From positions 36,270,001 through 36,334,000 of the forward strand of contig OZ336879.1 of NCBI GenBank assembly GCA_965287045.1: a stretch of DNA of 64,000 bases, read 5' to 3'. This DNA is from Carcharhinus amblyrhynchos (taxonomy: Eukaryota). Below the pieces are notes generated by a model. The model was not told where the DNA came from and made no database searches. It saw only the letters and a program-made list of their open reading frames with translations. Positions 23,476 through 34,654 of the stretch are shown piece by piece; positions within the stretch are counted from its first letter, which is position 1, and every line of letters starts with the position of its first letter. The translations under genes and the position numbers were made by a program.

Positions 23476-25519
23476 ATACAAACATATCAAAATTACTTGG
23501 AAAAGAGCAGCTGGTCCATCAAGCCTGCCCCCTATTTGACATATCCTATTCCCCATCAGCTTTGTGATCTGCTAGGAGACGAAGATACCCAGAGTCATTG
23601 AGAACAATCAAAATAATTCATCTCATCCTCCTCGAGATCAAAACCATTCATATTTTGCAATGCATTAAATGTAAAACTATTTACTTTTTACATGAAACAA
23701 TTTCTGTGTCATCCGAGAACTTGTTCAGCTACCATTACAAGGTGCAAAGAGTCAGTACATACTGCACACATTGGCATCACATTTCAAGATATACTATTTT
23801 CTTGGAAAGAAAAGCCAGCTAACATGTAACTTCCTCCTCCTGCATTCAAATATACATTTTCTGCTTGCCCCCAGACTGTCAAAGTTAATTAATCTTTTAC
23901 TAGACATGCAATCCTGCCCTTTCCTTATTCTATATACTCCTGTCATGTCTTCTCCAAGTCATCATCATTGCCCGTAAAACACTTCAGCCATTTTTCCTCG
24001 ACTCCACCAGCTCCTACAACTATACACTGAAATTATACGTTCCTTTCTATTATGTACTCCCTCATTTTACTCCACCATTGACAGTCACCACAGCCAGGAC
24101 TCCAGCATTTTGTTTACAGATCACTTTACCTTCAAAGTGTTTGTTACAAATCTCTTTGACCATACCTCTTGTTGTCTCCTAATTCCTGTTGTCAGACTGA
24201 AAATTTAAATGTAAAATGGTTAAAGGAACAATGAGACAATGCGACAGAAAATTCAGACTGGGCAAGTAAGATGAGGTGAAAAACAAGGAAAAATAATTGG
24301 ATAATCTCTAAATTCCCTCCAGATTAATTAAAGCATGCAGATGTACATAACATGTCATTTGACTGGTTACAGATGATTAGATATAATGAGTAAATACAGA
24401 GTTAGGAAAGTGGATTCTTCATACACTCACTTACAATATCAACTGAATGAGCTCCAATATTACAATATAGTATCTTTCACAATATAACAACTCATACAGA
24501 CAGCAAGCAGGACAGTAGCATGTCATAATGCCTCTGCAAACATTGATGGTCCTGCATTTTCTGTGAAGATAATACTGAAACAAATTCCTTTATATAAACT
24601 GGCTTTTTATGCAGTATTCTTTATATTTCAGTGCCCCAAATACTCTATACAAAAATCATTTCCATTTTTTAAAAGAACTCAGACATATTCTACTATGAGT
24701 CTGTGAAACATCAGATTCCTTCCATTTGATAGCCAGGAATAAATCATTTAAAATAATAACATGGGAGCTGATGCTTAGGACAAATAAATTCTTCAAAGCT
24801 GTCTCACTCAGTCTTAAGCAAAATTAAAAAATTGAATCAATGCACACAAAAATAATGGCAGGTAGAAGGGTTCCTCCTTAACTGGCTCTGAGCTCACTAG
24901 ATGCCCCACCCAAGCTGTTATCTCCCAGATTCAAAACCAGCTTCCCACCCTGTCACTGGGGCCTGGCAAGATCTCACAAGCTTCCTGATCAATGGTTGAA
25001 GGCCTCTTTTAAGCCCCGAGTACACTCTCAGCAATGGTCACTGCTTCTAACAGTGCTGCTGTTATTAGAGAGCTGCTGGAATCTGGTTGACTGGCAGTTC
25101 TGTAAGGAAGGATGTCATTCCATGAGGGGCGGAAATCTCACCTCCAGTCTACTAATGGTTAAATAGCTGTGAGGTTGTTGCTCTTCTGCTGAGTGGACAT
25201 CTTTCTACCACTTAGCCTGAGGGGTTAGAGTTACCATAGTAAACCTTGGATGGATTTTATGGAGCACGCTGATCCCTGCACTAAGGTTTAGAAATAAGTG
25301 TTCCAGGATACACAACATTTTGAAATGCCAGTCAGAATTTCACAGGAGAAGGTGTAACCCTGACAGTGAAATATAACATAAGGACAGGAGCAAGAAAAGA
25401 CCTTAGCTCATAAGATCAGGAAATAAAACTATTATGGGTGGAGATTAGGAATAACACTTGTCTGGAAACTGGTAGTTTAGAGGCTCCCAATAATGGTTAT
25501 ATCATTGGATAGAGCATTG

Positions 25520-25800
25520 AACAAGAAATAAATGGAAACTGTAACAAAAGCAGTATAATAACAGTGAAGGAATTTGCTGTTAGAATAGGTTCCACAAATC
25601 AAATTGGCGGTGTTAGTCTGGAAGATTAGTTTATAGAATGCTTTGGCAATAGCTTCTTGGAACAATGTGCTTTGGAACCAACTATTTTAAATCTAATATT
25701 GTGCAAAAAGGCAAGTTTGAGTAGGAACCTCATATTAAAAGATCTTCTGGGGAAAAATGATCATCATACAATGGGATTAAGTTTGAAGATAAAATACTGG
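25520..25800 (+). mobile_element. CR1 endonuclease fragment
   Basis: FIECFGNSFLEQCALEPT..ILNLILC..LGKNDH. Confidence 0.7.
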
Positions 25801-26199
25801 AAATGCCAGCAATGAATGTGGTTGCAGGGGAGAGCAGGCAGGTGAGGCCTCAATACATCTGTGGTGGATAGGTGGGACGAAGTTTATTTTCATTTTTTAT
25901 TTCCCTTTAAAGATGGGATCCTGATCTTTATGGAGCTGGCTCTAAGAGACCCCGTCCCACCAGACTGACAAGCAAAGCACATCCATTCATTGTTTTCTCT
26001 AAAGACCCTCAAAATCTGGAGAGAAAACTGATCTGTACAATTGCAGAGCTACACACCAATTTTCTGACTGAGCCTGACTCTTCAACAAATTCTGTTAAGG
26101 TCATCCCCAGTCAACAAACATTCAAATATGGCATCCAAGATTCAAAAACATTTTTAAAGGCAAGTGTTCCAGATGCCACTTCGGTAAAAAGGTTTGTAC

Positions 26200-27860
26200 C
26201 CATGTAGTGAACAATCACTAATAGCGTTAGAACAGAAAGATTATGATGTGAATTAGAGAGGCAGAGGCGTGCAATAAGGGCTTTTGAAGGAGGACATTTC
26301 CACTGAGGGTCTTTAGGGAGCAATTCTCTAATCGCATCTCTAATGAATGCTAATCCTTGAGATGTCTTTGCTTCACTAAAGAGGTTGTGAACTGAAACCA
26401 GCCATAAATGCAACCTCAGAGCAGACCAAGGAACGCATTTCCTGTGGCTATCAAGGAGACTGTGGCCCTTAATATTTATGCATATGGCTCTCTCCAGACT
26501 ACCAGTGGAGATAAAAACATCTCACAATTTGCAATGCACTCCTGCATATGCAGGGGTTGGGGTGGTTTCATTGAAGCTGTCTATAATACAGAGAGGACAA
26601 CATCTAATTTCAGACTGAACAGCACCACAGTGAAAAACTGCACCAACCTCCTCAGAAGACAAACATGGGACATGCCTAACAAAGTATACTTCATTGTTCT
26701 GTGTTTCTCCAGAGTGGAGAAACTATGACATCTTCTTTGGAACCTTCAACATGTCATCAATAAAGATGAACTTCTCTCCAAGGCCATTCCAATACCTCCA
26801 CTACTTGCTTTCAAATAACCGTGCAACCTCAAAGAGATCATTGTTCACAGCAAAGTATCAGCCTTCCAGAGAACAGCAACACCACAGAATCCTGCCGCAG
26901 CAACCTCTGCAAAATGTGCTGGATCATCAACACGGATGCCACCATCACACGTGAGAACACATCCGAAAGGTACCCAATACATATTCATGTGACTCAGCCA
27001 ATATTGTCTACCTCATACGTTGCAGAAAAGGATGTCCTCAGATGTGGTACATCGGTGAAACCATGCAGACGCTATAATAATGGATGAATGGATACAGGGC
27101 AATAATAACGAGGCAGGAGTGTTCCCTTCCTGTTGGGGAACACTTCAGCAGTCAAGGGCACTCAGCCTCCAATCTTTAGGTAACCCGAGGCTGTCTTCAA
27201 GACACATGACAATGCAGCATAGCCGAGCAGAAACTGATAGCCAAGTTCCACACGTATAAAGATGGCCTCAACTGGGATCTTGGGTTCACGTCAGACTACA
27301 TGTAACCTCCACTATTTGGCCTGGGCTTGCAAAATCCTACACCTGTCCTGGCTTGAAACAATTCACACCTCTTTAACCTGTGATTATTCCTCTCTCCACC
27401 CACATTGCCTGTACTTGTAAAGACTTGCATTCCAACCATTGTCTTGCAGTTGCGCCTGTGTCTATATATGCCGAGTTTGTGAACCCAATTTTCCATTCTT
27501 TTGAAGGAAGCAGCAATTTGAAAGCTCGTGATACCAAATAAACCTGTTGGACTATAACCTGGTGTTATGAGACTCCTTACCATACTGAACAGAGACAAGC
27601 TGGTGGCGTGAGAATAGATTTTTGCAAGGATTTCGGGTTTTCTCATGGTGCAGAGTGCCATTGCTGCACCAACACATTGCTTTCTGCAAGCCTAATTTGA
27701 ACCTGGCTGATTTCATGAATTGAAAGGGGTTCCAGTTCCTCAATATAGAACTAGTGTGTGTGACCACAGTCATTGCATCATTCAGCTAAGTGTCCATTAT
27801 TCTGTCAGCAATCACAATTCCTTTATTCTATCATAGCCTTCAGTGTATTTGATTCACTGT
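26200..27860 (+). pseudogene. PIF/Harbinger transposase (HARBI1-like) remnant split by a PLE
   Basis: QPQSRPRNAFPVAIKETVALNIYAYGSLQ..GD..ISQFAMHSCI (26408 onward), resuming after 27592 as FARISGFLMVQSAI..MN*KGFQFLNIELVC..HNSFIL (cf. GFP..GAIDCTH, NRKGFHSLNVQ, HDSFIL). Confidence 0.85.
26623..27583 (+). mobile_element. PLE family A, 5'-truncated (GIY-YIG endonuclease plus pLTR)
   Basis: Colinear with about 3330-4306; 9-bp duplication ACTGAACAG (26614-26622, 27584-27592). Confidence 0.92.
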
Positions 27861-28229
27861 GGCAAGTTAAAAGTTGGCTACTTGGCAACAAAGGTCAGCT
27901 ACAAAAGACATAACTCAAAGTTTTGGTTTGGGACTTACAAACACTGCACATCAAAATGGCAGGATAGCTGCCACAAGCAACTTGTTGGAACACCTCGTCG
28001 GTTGCCTCAAACAATCTTTTCACTGTGTGGACCACCATACAGTACTCAGCTAAGGAAGTATCCAGAATTTTTTTTTCAAATCATCCAGTAATGATTCATG
28101 CCTAAATGAATGAGATTTCACTCGTGATAGTTGATGTCGGTCTTCACTGTGGATGATACAAGTAAACATCCCAGAAATATCTGTAAATCAGGAAATGGAT
28201 GGAGTCAAATAAAATTACAAACATTGGGG

Positions 28230-29050
28230 AAATGGTACTAAGCAACTCCACTCCTCAAAGTGCAAGTGGAAGTAAAATCTTTGAGTAGCTTTAAGGCGGA
28301 GGAGGATAGATTCTTGATGAGCAAGGAGGGGGAAAGCTTGTAGGGATAGGTGGAAATGTGGAGTTGAAATTACAGTCAGATCAGCCACAATCTTATTAAT
28401 TGACAAAATAGGCTGGAGGTGCCAGATAATGTACTCCTGTGCCAAATTCATGTTTTCATATGTTTGTATGTTCAGAGGAATTATTGGGCAATAATTACAA
28501 TTTTTCACACAGTTAGAAATTTACATATACTTGAATGGTTTATTGCTAACCTTTTCTAGCATGTTCAGTGTGTATCTCATATGTAAGGACCACAAATTCA
28601 CATCCTTACATGAATTCAAATCCTGAATCTCTTGGTGAGGTAATGTTAAAGTGAATCTTCTGCAGGATTCGGACAAATCTTTTGGATTTTCATATGCATA
28701 TATAGACACCAGCAGTTGTTTGATTTACTTAGTATAACAACAGAATGCTGATGGCCTCAACATTATCCTTAGTGCAAAATCTGGATCAATATAGAGCGAG
28801 GCTATTTGGAATATCAATCAGAAATCGCATTTTCATCCAAACTGTGGTAAAAATTTGAAATTTTTCTGCCCCAACAATTATGGATAGTTTTCAAGACTAA
28901 GATCAACTGATTGTTGTTAAGTTAGAATGCAAAGAGATATATAGCTAAGGCTGTCCAATAGAGCTGAGGGGTAGATTTATAATGATCTAATTGAATGATA
29001 GTATATGCTTAAGGGGATGAATTGCCATATCTTATTGCTAAGTTCTTATA
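28230..29050 (+). mobile_element. Two old CR1 3' UTR fragments (about 28230-28472 and 28800-29050)
   Basis: CAGATCAGCCACAATCTTATTAATTG and GATCTAATTGAATG..TTCTTAT motifs shared with other CR1 tails here. Confidence 0.65.
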
Positions 29051-29616
29051 TTTCGTAACATATATTGCTGCACACAGTGTGCAAAATTAATGCCTTCTGA
29101 GTAACGTATTTGACTGTCAAGGTAATAAAATACAATCTTGACAATGAACAAAATTGTATTCTGAATTGTGGCATTGCTGCTTTTAATAAAGGAAGATTTT
29201 CTATTGACTCACAAAAATTGTAGAAATTATAAAAATGTTCTTCATAAATGGATTTACAGGATCAGTGTACATCGAGCACAGAGCAAACCTTTTCCCATAG
29301 TGTTTTCATCAGCAGCATTATTGGTTTAGCAATTGCAGAATTTCAGGTTCAACTCTCAGCCATACACAAATAAAAGCAAAATGAATTCTGGCCATGAATA
29401 CAAATATCTCTATGAATTTAGACAAACTCCATTAACAATCAGTCCTAAAAGCTGCCATCTTATCTCAGAATTCTTGGAATGTGCCAACTGGAATAAAATG
29501 AATTATCGTGACAAGATTCCAGGAAATAAGACAGCATGTCATTATTGATCCTGTGAGTGACCAGTGAACTGCAGTGTTGGATTATCTATTGCACAAGAAA
29601 AGAAGAACAATAAGCA

Positions 29617-29939
29617 TGAATCATAGAATCCCTACAGTGCAGAAGGAAGCCATTCAGCCCATCGAGTCTGCTGTGACAACAATCCCATTCAGGTCCTATC
29701 CCCATACCCCACGTATTTACCCCACTATTTCACCTATGCATTTTGAGACACTAAAGGGCCAGTCAACCTAACCAGCACATCTTTGGGCTGTGGGAGGAAA
29801 CTGTAGCACCCGAAGGAAACTCACACAGACATGGGAGAATCTGTAAATTCCACACAGACAGTGACCCAAGCTGGGATTCGAACCCAGGTCTCTGTAGCTG
29901 TGAGGCAGCAGTGTTAACCACTATGCAACTGTGCCATCC
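29617..29939 (-). mobile_element. HE1-type SINE
   Basis: A and B boxes (GGGTTCGAATCCC on minus strand), central domain and tail. Confidence 0.92.
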
Positions 29940-30504
29940 GATAATAGGCCATTTGGCCCTTTGTGCCTGCTCCACCATTCAATACTTGATTTGATTTATT
30001 ATTGTCACGTGTATTGGGGTACAATGAAAAGTATTGTTTCTTGCTGTCTCAGACAAAACATATTTGGGGTGGGGAGGGAGGGTGTAATTCTCCCAGCCTG
30101 TTGCAGTAGGCTGCATATTGTGAGGAAGGTGGGTTATCTGCTATTTGTGGGTGTAGGGGATAGAATTCCCTTCTCTGGTGAGGAATTGTTCCCCTGGTCA
30201 GTGGGGGGCACCATTTCATTTCTGAGGGGGGAGGGAGGCCTGTCTGAGTGCAAAAACCTTATAAAGGGTATCTACATCTCAGAACAGCAGGGCTGTCCGG
30301 CAAGTTCCCCAAAATGGCCTAATTTGCAACTTTTTGGCGGACAAATCCTGCTTGACGGACACTGTCAAAGCCAATGGGAAAAACTTGTTTTCTCATTGGA
30401 GTGGGCACTTCATCCAAATTCTGGAGAATTGTCACCAATATCTTTAGATAAATGTTCCCGCACTGAGAGGCTGCAAAATAATTTTTGAATCCAATATGAA
30501 TCTT

Positions 30505-30633
30505 CTTTTGGAAGAAGAGTTCCAAAGAAGAAGGACTCAAAGTGTGATTCTCCTTCCACAGATGCTGCCAGGGCTGCTGAGTTTTTCCAGAACTTTGTTT
30601 TTATCTCCAGCATCTGCAATATTTTGCTTTTAT
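30505..30633 (+). mobile_element. PLE family B pLTR remnant
   Basis: CCACAGATGCTGCCAGGGCTGCTGAGTTTTTCCAG...CCAGCATCTGCAATATTTTGCTTTT. Confidence 0.75.
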
Positions 30634-30989
30634 GTTAAGACTGATTATTTACTATTCTGTCTGCTTGTTGGTTCTAAGATATATTGTTGGAGAAAAATGT
30701 CCTGAACAAATTCAAAAAATGCACTACCTTTACGACATAAGCATGTCTGCTATTCCAATCCAAATGGAAGTCAAGATCCTCTTAAGATTTCTTTACATTT
30801 AAAACATGCTAATTGAATCTCTGAATTTATATATGCTACCTTTTCATAACTGTCACCACGAACCTATACACTTCTGTCTAGTATTAACCCTGTTTAACTT
30901 TTTAATGCTATTTGTAAAAGTCTCTGCAGCCTGATTTCCTCTCACTAGACCATTCATTGCCGCAGAAATAATGTAATCCTTAATCGCTC

Positions 30990-31492
30990 AGACTACTCTT
31001 GTAATGATTTTCAATATGAGCTCCCTGATTGAGGTAGTTAATGCTATCTAATCCAGGAGCCTTTCAGAGACATATAATATGGAATGTCTGAGTTACCAGC
31101 GCACAGGATGTATATTCTATACTGGGAAGTGCCTGTCTAAGTATTACTAATTTTTTAAAATAAAGTCGGATTTGGTGAAAGGATACTGGCCTTGTGGAAG
31201 TTATTTCAGTGCCGACAAGGTGAAACATTGTTCTAAAGGAACTCGCTTGGAGCAGTTGACCTAAGTTGAGGTAAACCATACTTATGCCTTTATTATGCCT
31301 TTATTTGGGAGAATAGACACGTTCAACCCTGCCTTTGAGGACTGGGCCCAATATGTGGATTGCATCATTATTTTTTTCAGGTAGACATCATTATCATTGA
31401 GGAAAAACAATGGGTAATTCCCCTGATGGACTGTGGTGCTTCAGTATTTGCTATCATTCAGAATTTAACTGTCCCTGAGGCACCGGACACTT
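30990..31492 (+). mobile_element. Gypsy 5' LTR end, primer-binding site and gag start
   Basis: AATAAA, LTR end TTTCA (31208), PBS-like GTGCCGACAAG; ATG at 31295 gives MPLFGRIDTFNPAFEDWAQYV..CGASVFAIIQNLTVPEAPDT; truncated by CR1. Confidence 0.75.
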
Positions 31493-31494
31493 TC

Positions 31495-32226
31495 AAGAAT
31501 AAATGGTAGAACCTTCAGGAGCATGGATGTACAGAAAGACATGGGACCACAGGTCCACAGATCCTTAAAAGTGGCAGCACAACTAGAAAAGGTAGTGAAG
31601 AAAGCATATGGTATGCTTGCCTTCATCAAATGGGGCATCAAGTGTAAAAGTTGGCAAATTATGTTACAGTTGTATAAAATATAGGTTAGGCCACATTTGG
31701 AATACTGTGTCCAACTCATGTCACCACGTTACCAGAATGATGTGGAGGCTTTGGCGAGAGTGCAGACAATATTCACCAGAATGTTGCCTTGTATGGAGGG
31801 TATTAGCTATGGGGAAAGATTGAATAAACTGGGACTGTTCTCCCTAGAAAGATGGAGACTGAGGGGTGACCTGGTAGAGGTACATAAAGTTATGAGAGGT
31901 ATAGGTAAGGTGAACAGTTGCAAGCCTTTTCCCAGGGCAGAAATTACAATTACAAGGGAGCACAAGTTCAAGATAAGGGGGGAAAGATTCAGTGGAGATG
32001 TATGGGGGAAGTTTTTATTACACAGAGGGTGACAGGGCCCAGAATGCACTGCCAAGTGAGATGGTTGAAGCAGTTACATTAGCCACATTTAAGACTTATC
32101 TTGATAGACATATGAACAAATGGGGAATAGAGGAATAAAAGCGGTTGGTCTACATAGGTAAACGTGATTGATGTAGGTTTGGAGGGCCAAAGGGTGTGTT
32201 CCTGTGCTGCACTGTTCTTTGTTCTA
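31495..32226 (+). mobile_element. CR1 3' fragment
   Basis: ORF 31697-32032 (EYCVQ..FTRMLP..LGLFSLERWRLRGDL); tail TGTTCTTTGTTCT. Confidence 0.95.
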
Positions 32227-32360
32227 ATTGACTGAACTGTTTAGAGAATACTATGACCCCAAGTCACCTGTACAAACTGGTATGGTGCCCACTTTCCCAG
32301 GAATGCATTGCAACTCATATGCTCTACTTGCAGCATTTTCCAATCATAAGTCCAGCTTTA

Positions 32361-32632
32361 AGGCAGCATGGTGTCACTGTGGTTAGCACTGCTGCTTCAC
32401 AGCACCAGGGGCCCAGATTCAATTCCTGGCTTGGGTCACCGTCTGTATGGAATCTGCACATTCTCCTTGTGTCTGTGTGGATTTCCTCCAGGTGCTCCTC
32501 CCACATTCTGAAAGATGTGCTGGCTAGGTGCATTGTCTTGAATAGGCACCGGATTGTGACAGCTAGGGGAATTTCACAGTAACTTCATTGCAGTATTAAT
32601 GTAAGTCTTACTTGTGACTAATAAATAAACTT
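32361..32632 (+). mobile_element. tRNA SINE with HE1-like head and central domain but a different 3' tail
   Basis: GGCAGCATGG..GTGGTTAGCACTGCTGCTTCACAG head; tail ...CTTGTGACTAATAAATAAAC. Confidence 0.85.
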
Positions 32633-32679
32633 TTCATGGCCATCGTTAGACTTTTATTTCCAGATTTTTTTTCTGTTTT

Positions 32680-32790
32680 ATTCATTTCAAATTCGACTGT
32701 CTGTCATGGTGGATTTGAATCTGGGTGCCCAGACATTACCCTGGGTCATTATCAGTCCTGTGATAAAACAACTACTCCACCACCTTCCCT
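32680..32790 (-). mobile_element. tRNA SINE head, same type as 132-330
   Basis: Minus strand GGGAAGGTGGTGGAGTAG...CCCAGATTCAAATCCACCATG. Confidence 0.65.
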
Positions 32791-34008
32791 TTGACTTCTT
32801 CAGGAATGACCATGGTAGAAACATATACATTGGGAATTGCTTGCCTGTTCCCATGCAGAGGGAGTTTAAGCACCATCAGATAATTATTAACACCTTGGGG
32901 AGGCAAGTCAACTTACTGATGAGATGGTTCATGATTGCCAAACCTAAGCTAGCTTCACAATGTTATTCTGTAAGACGACCAGACTAAAATGTGAAATCTG
33001 CACTGATTCCCTTGAGCTGACCTTTCTCAGGTAGTCAAGTCTTGCTGAGTATGGCAATCTGGACATGGTACCTAGCCAGCTCAGGACCAACATGTGCTTT
33101 TCTCTCAACCCTGCTGGCTAGAGCATTGCCCATGAAGGTACATACATTCAACTGGCCAATGGTGACAATGTCGCCTTTACTTTATTTCTGAGGTTGCTTT
33201 ATGATCATATTGATGGGCCCTATTGGCCAGGGAGGGGAAGCTGGCAATACTTAGGGCATCGTTTGTACCTCTTGCTTGTGCTAAGTAGATGAGTAGTGTG
33301 GTCGTAAAATGGGCTGTTCAGTCACTTAGATGGCTGCCAAGTTCCACTTCTGCTTCCTTCCAGTGAAAAATAACCCTATGTCCTGTGCCACCAGTGCATC
33401 CACACCCACTGTTACATTACTCAGCCACTGCTTCAGGGTTTGTAACAGCTAGATAATGGGTGAGAAATAAAAACAATTCCAGTAATCTGTTAGGAGACTG
33501 ATTTCTGTTATGCTGTGACACCTAGGAAATCCCTTTAAACAGCAGGACCCAGAATCACAAAGGCTTATGAGTTTCTGTTACAGCCTTTACCATTAGTAAC
33601 AACTTCTATCATAATATAATGGCACTATCCATTTGATGCTCCAATTTGGTTGAGTACAGATGGATGTAACCATTAATTTCATGTTGGAAATGCTGTACCA
33701 GAAGCTCTGTAAAATACCCTGTGCCAATTGGTGCTGGGCTCCTTCATACCCCTTAACATTGTCCACAGAGGGCTTTCTGGCAGGTTTTTCCAGCATACCC
33801 ACCATTTGGCTGCATGCATTAATCAATGTTTTTTTTACAACTTGGAACAACAAAATCCTCATCTGTCTCCTTTGCAGCAGTGCGAGTATGATTTTACACT
33901 CCGATAAGCTGGCACCTATGCCCTTATTTCTGCCCTTGACCTAGCCCCTGTGCACCTGCTCCCCTTGTCTCATTATAAGCAGATCCACCTTTATTCTAGC
34001 ATCTAAAA

Positions 34009-34087
34009 TGTACTCAGTATTTATGTCCGAGTTGATGGTTCTAAGTTGTACTCAGTATTTGTTTCTGAGTTGATGGCTGTAAATGTA
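34009..34087. repeat. 38-bp tandem duplication (2 copies)
   Basis: TGTACTCAGTATTT..T..GAGTTGATGG at 34009 and 34047. Confidence 0.85.
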
Positions 34088-34654
34088 AAATCAAATGATG
34101 TGGTTTTATCATGTTCATTGTATTTGTTCTCTCCCTTCAGTGAGTGGAAAGGATCCAGTTCCTGTGTATCTGAAATGAAAAATGGACATAGTTTGGGTTG
34201 TGGTGATGAGAGAGGGGAAAATAAGAAGGGTGTACTGACATCATCTTCAGCTAATGGTAGCTCCAGCAAGCAGGATTTCCACTCTAACAGGAGGCAGAAG
34301 GCACACTCAGTCCTGATTAGCCCACCCGAGGGCATGTTATGCAGCCAGTCAGCCACATACTGACATGGGTTTCCAGAGGGTAAGTAGGTGGCAGGAAGGT
34401 GTCACCAGCCCCCTCCCTACTTCCCCAAAACCTCTATTATTCAGCTCAAGGTGTCGGAAAGATTCTGAGATGAGGGAGAAATGGCACGTGTGAAGGAGGA
34501 TTAAATATCCAAATACCTTCCTTATAGATCCCGTTAGTCCCTCAAGTGATCAAGCTTTAGTGATGCCCCTTCCCATAATGGCCAGCATTGTCTCTTCCTA
34601 AATGAGTAGGAGTTAAAATAGGTGTTATGCTTGTCCTCCTCCAGCACTTTAGAC

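Noticed and set aside
29931-30488. 185-aa ORF
   Set aside because: Chance read-through across a CR1 tail, a Rex1 tail and MITE-like sequence.
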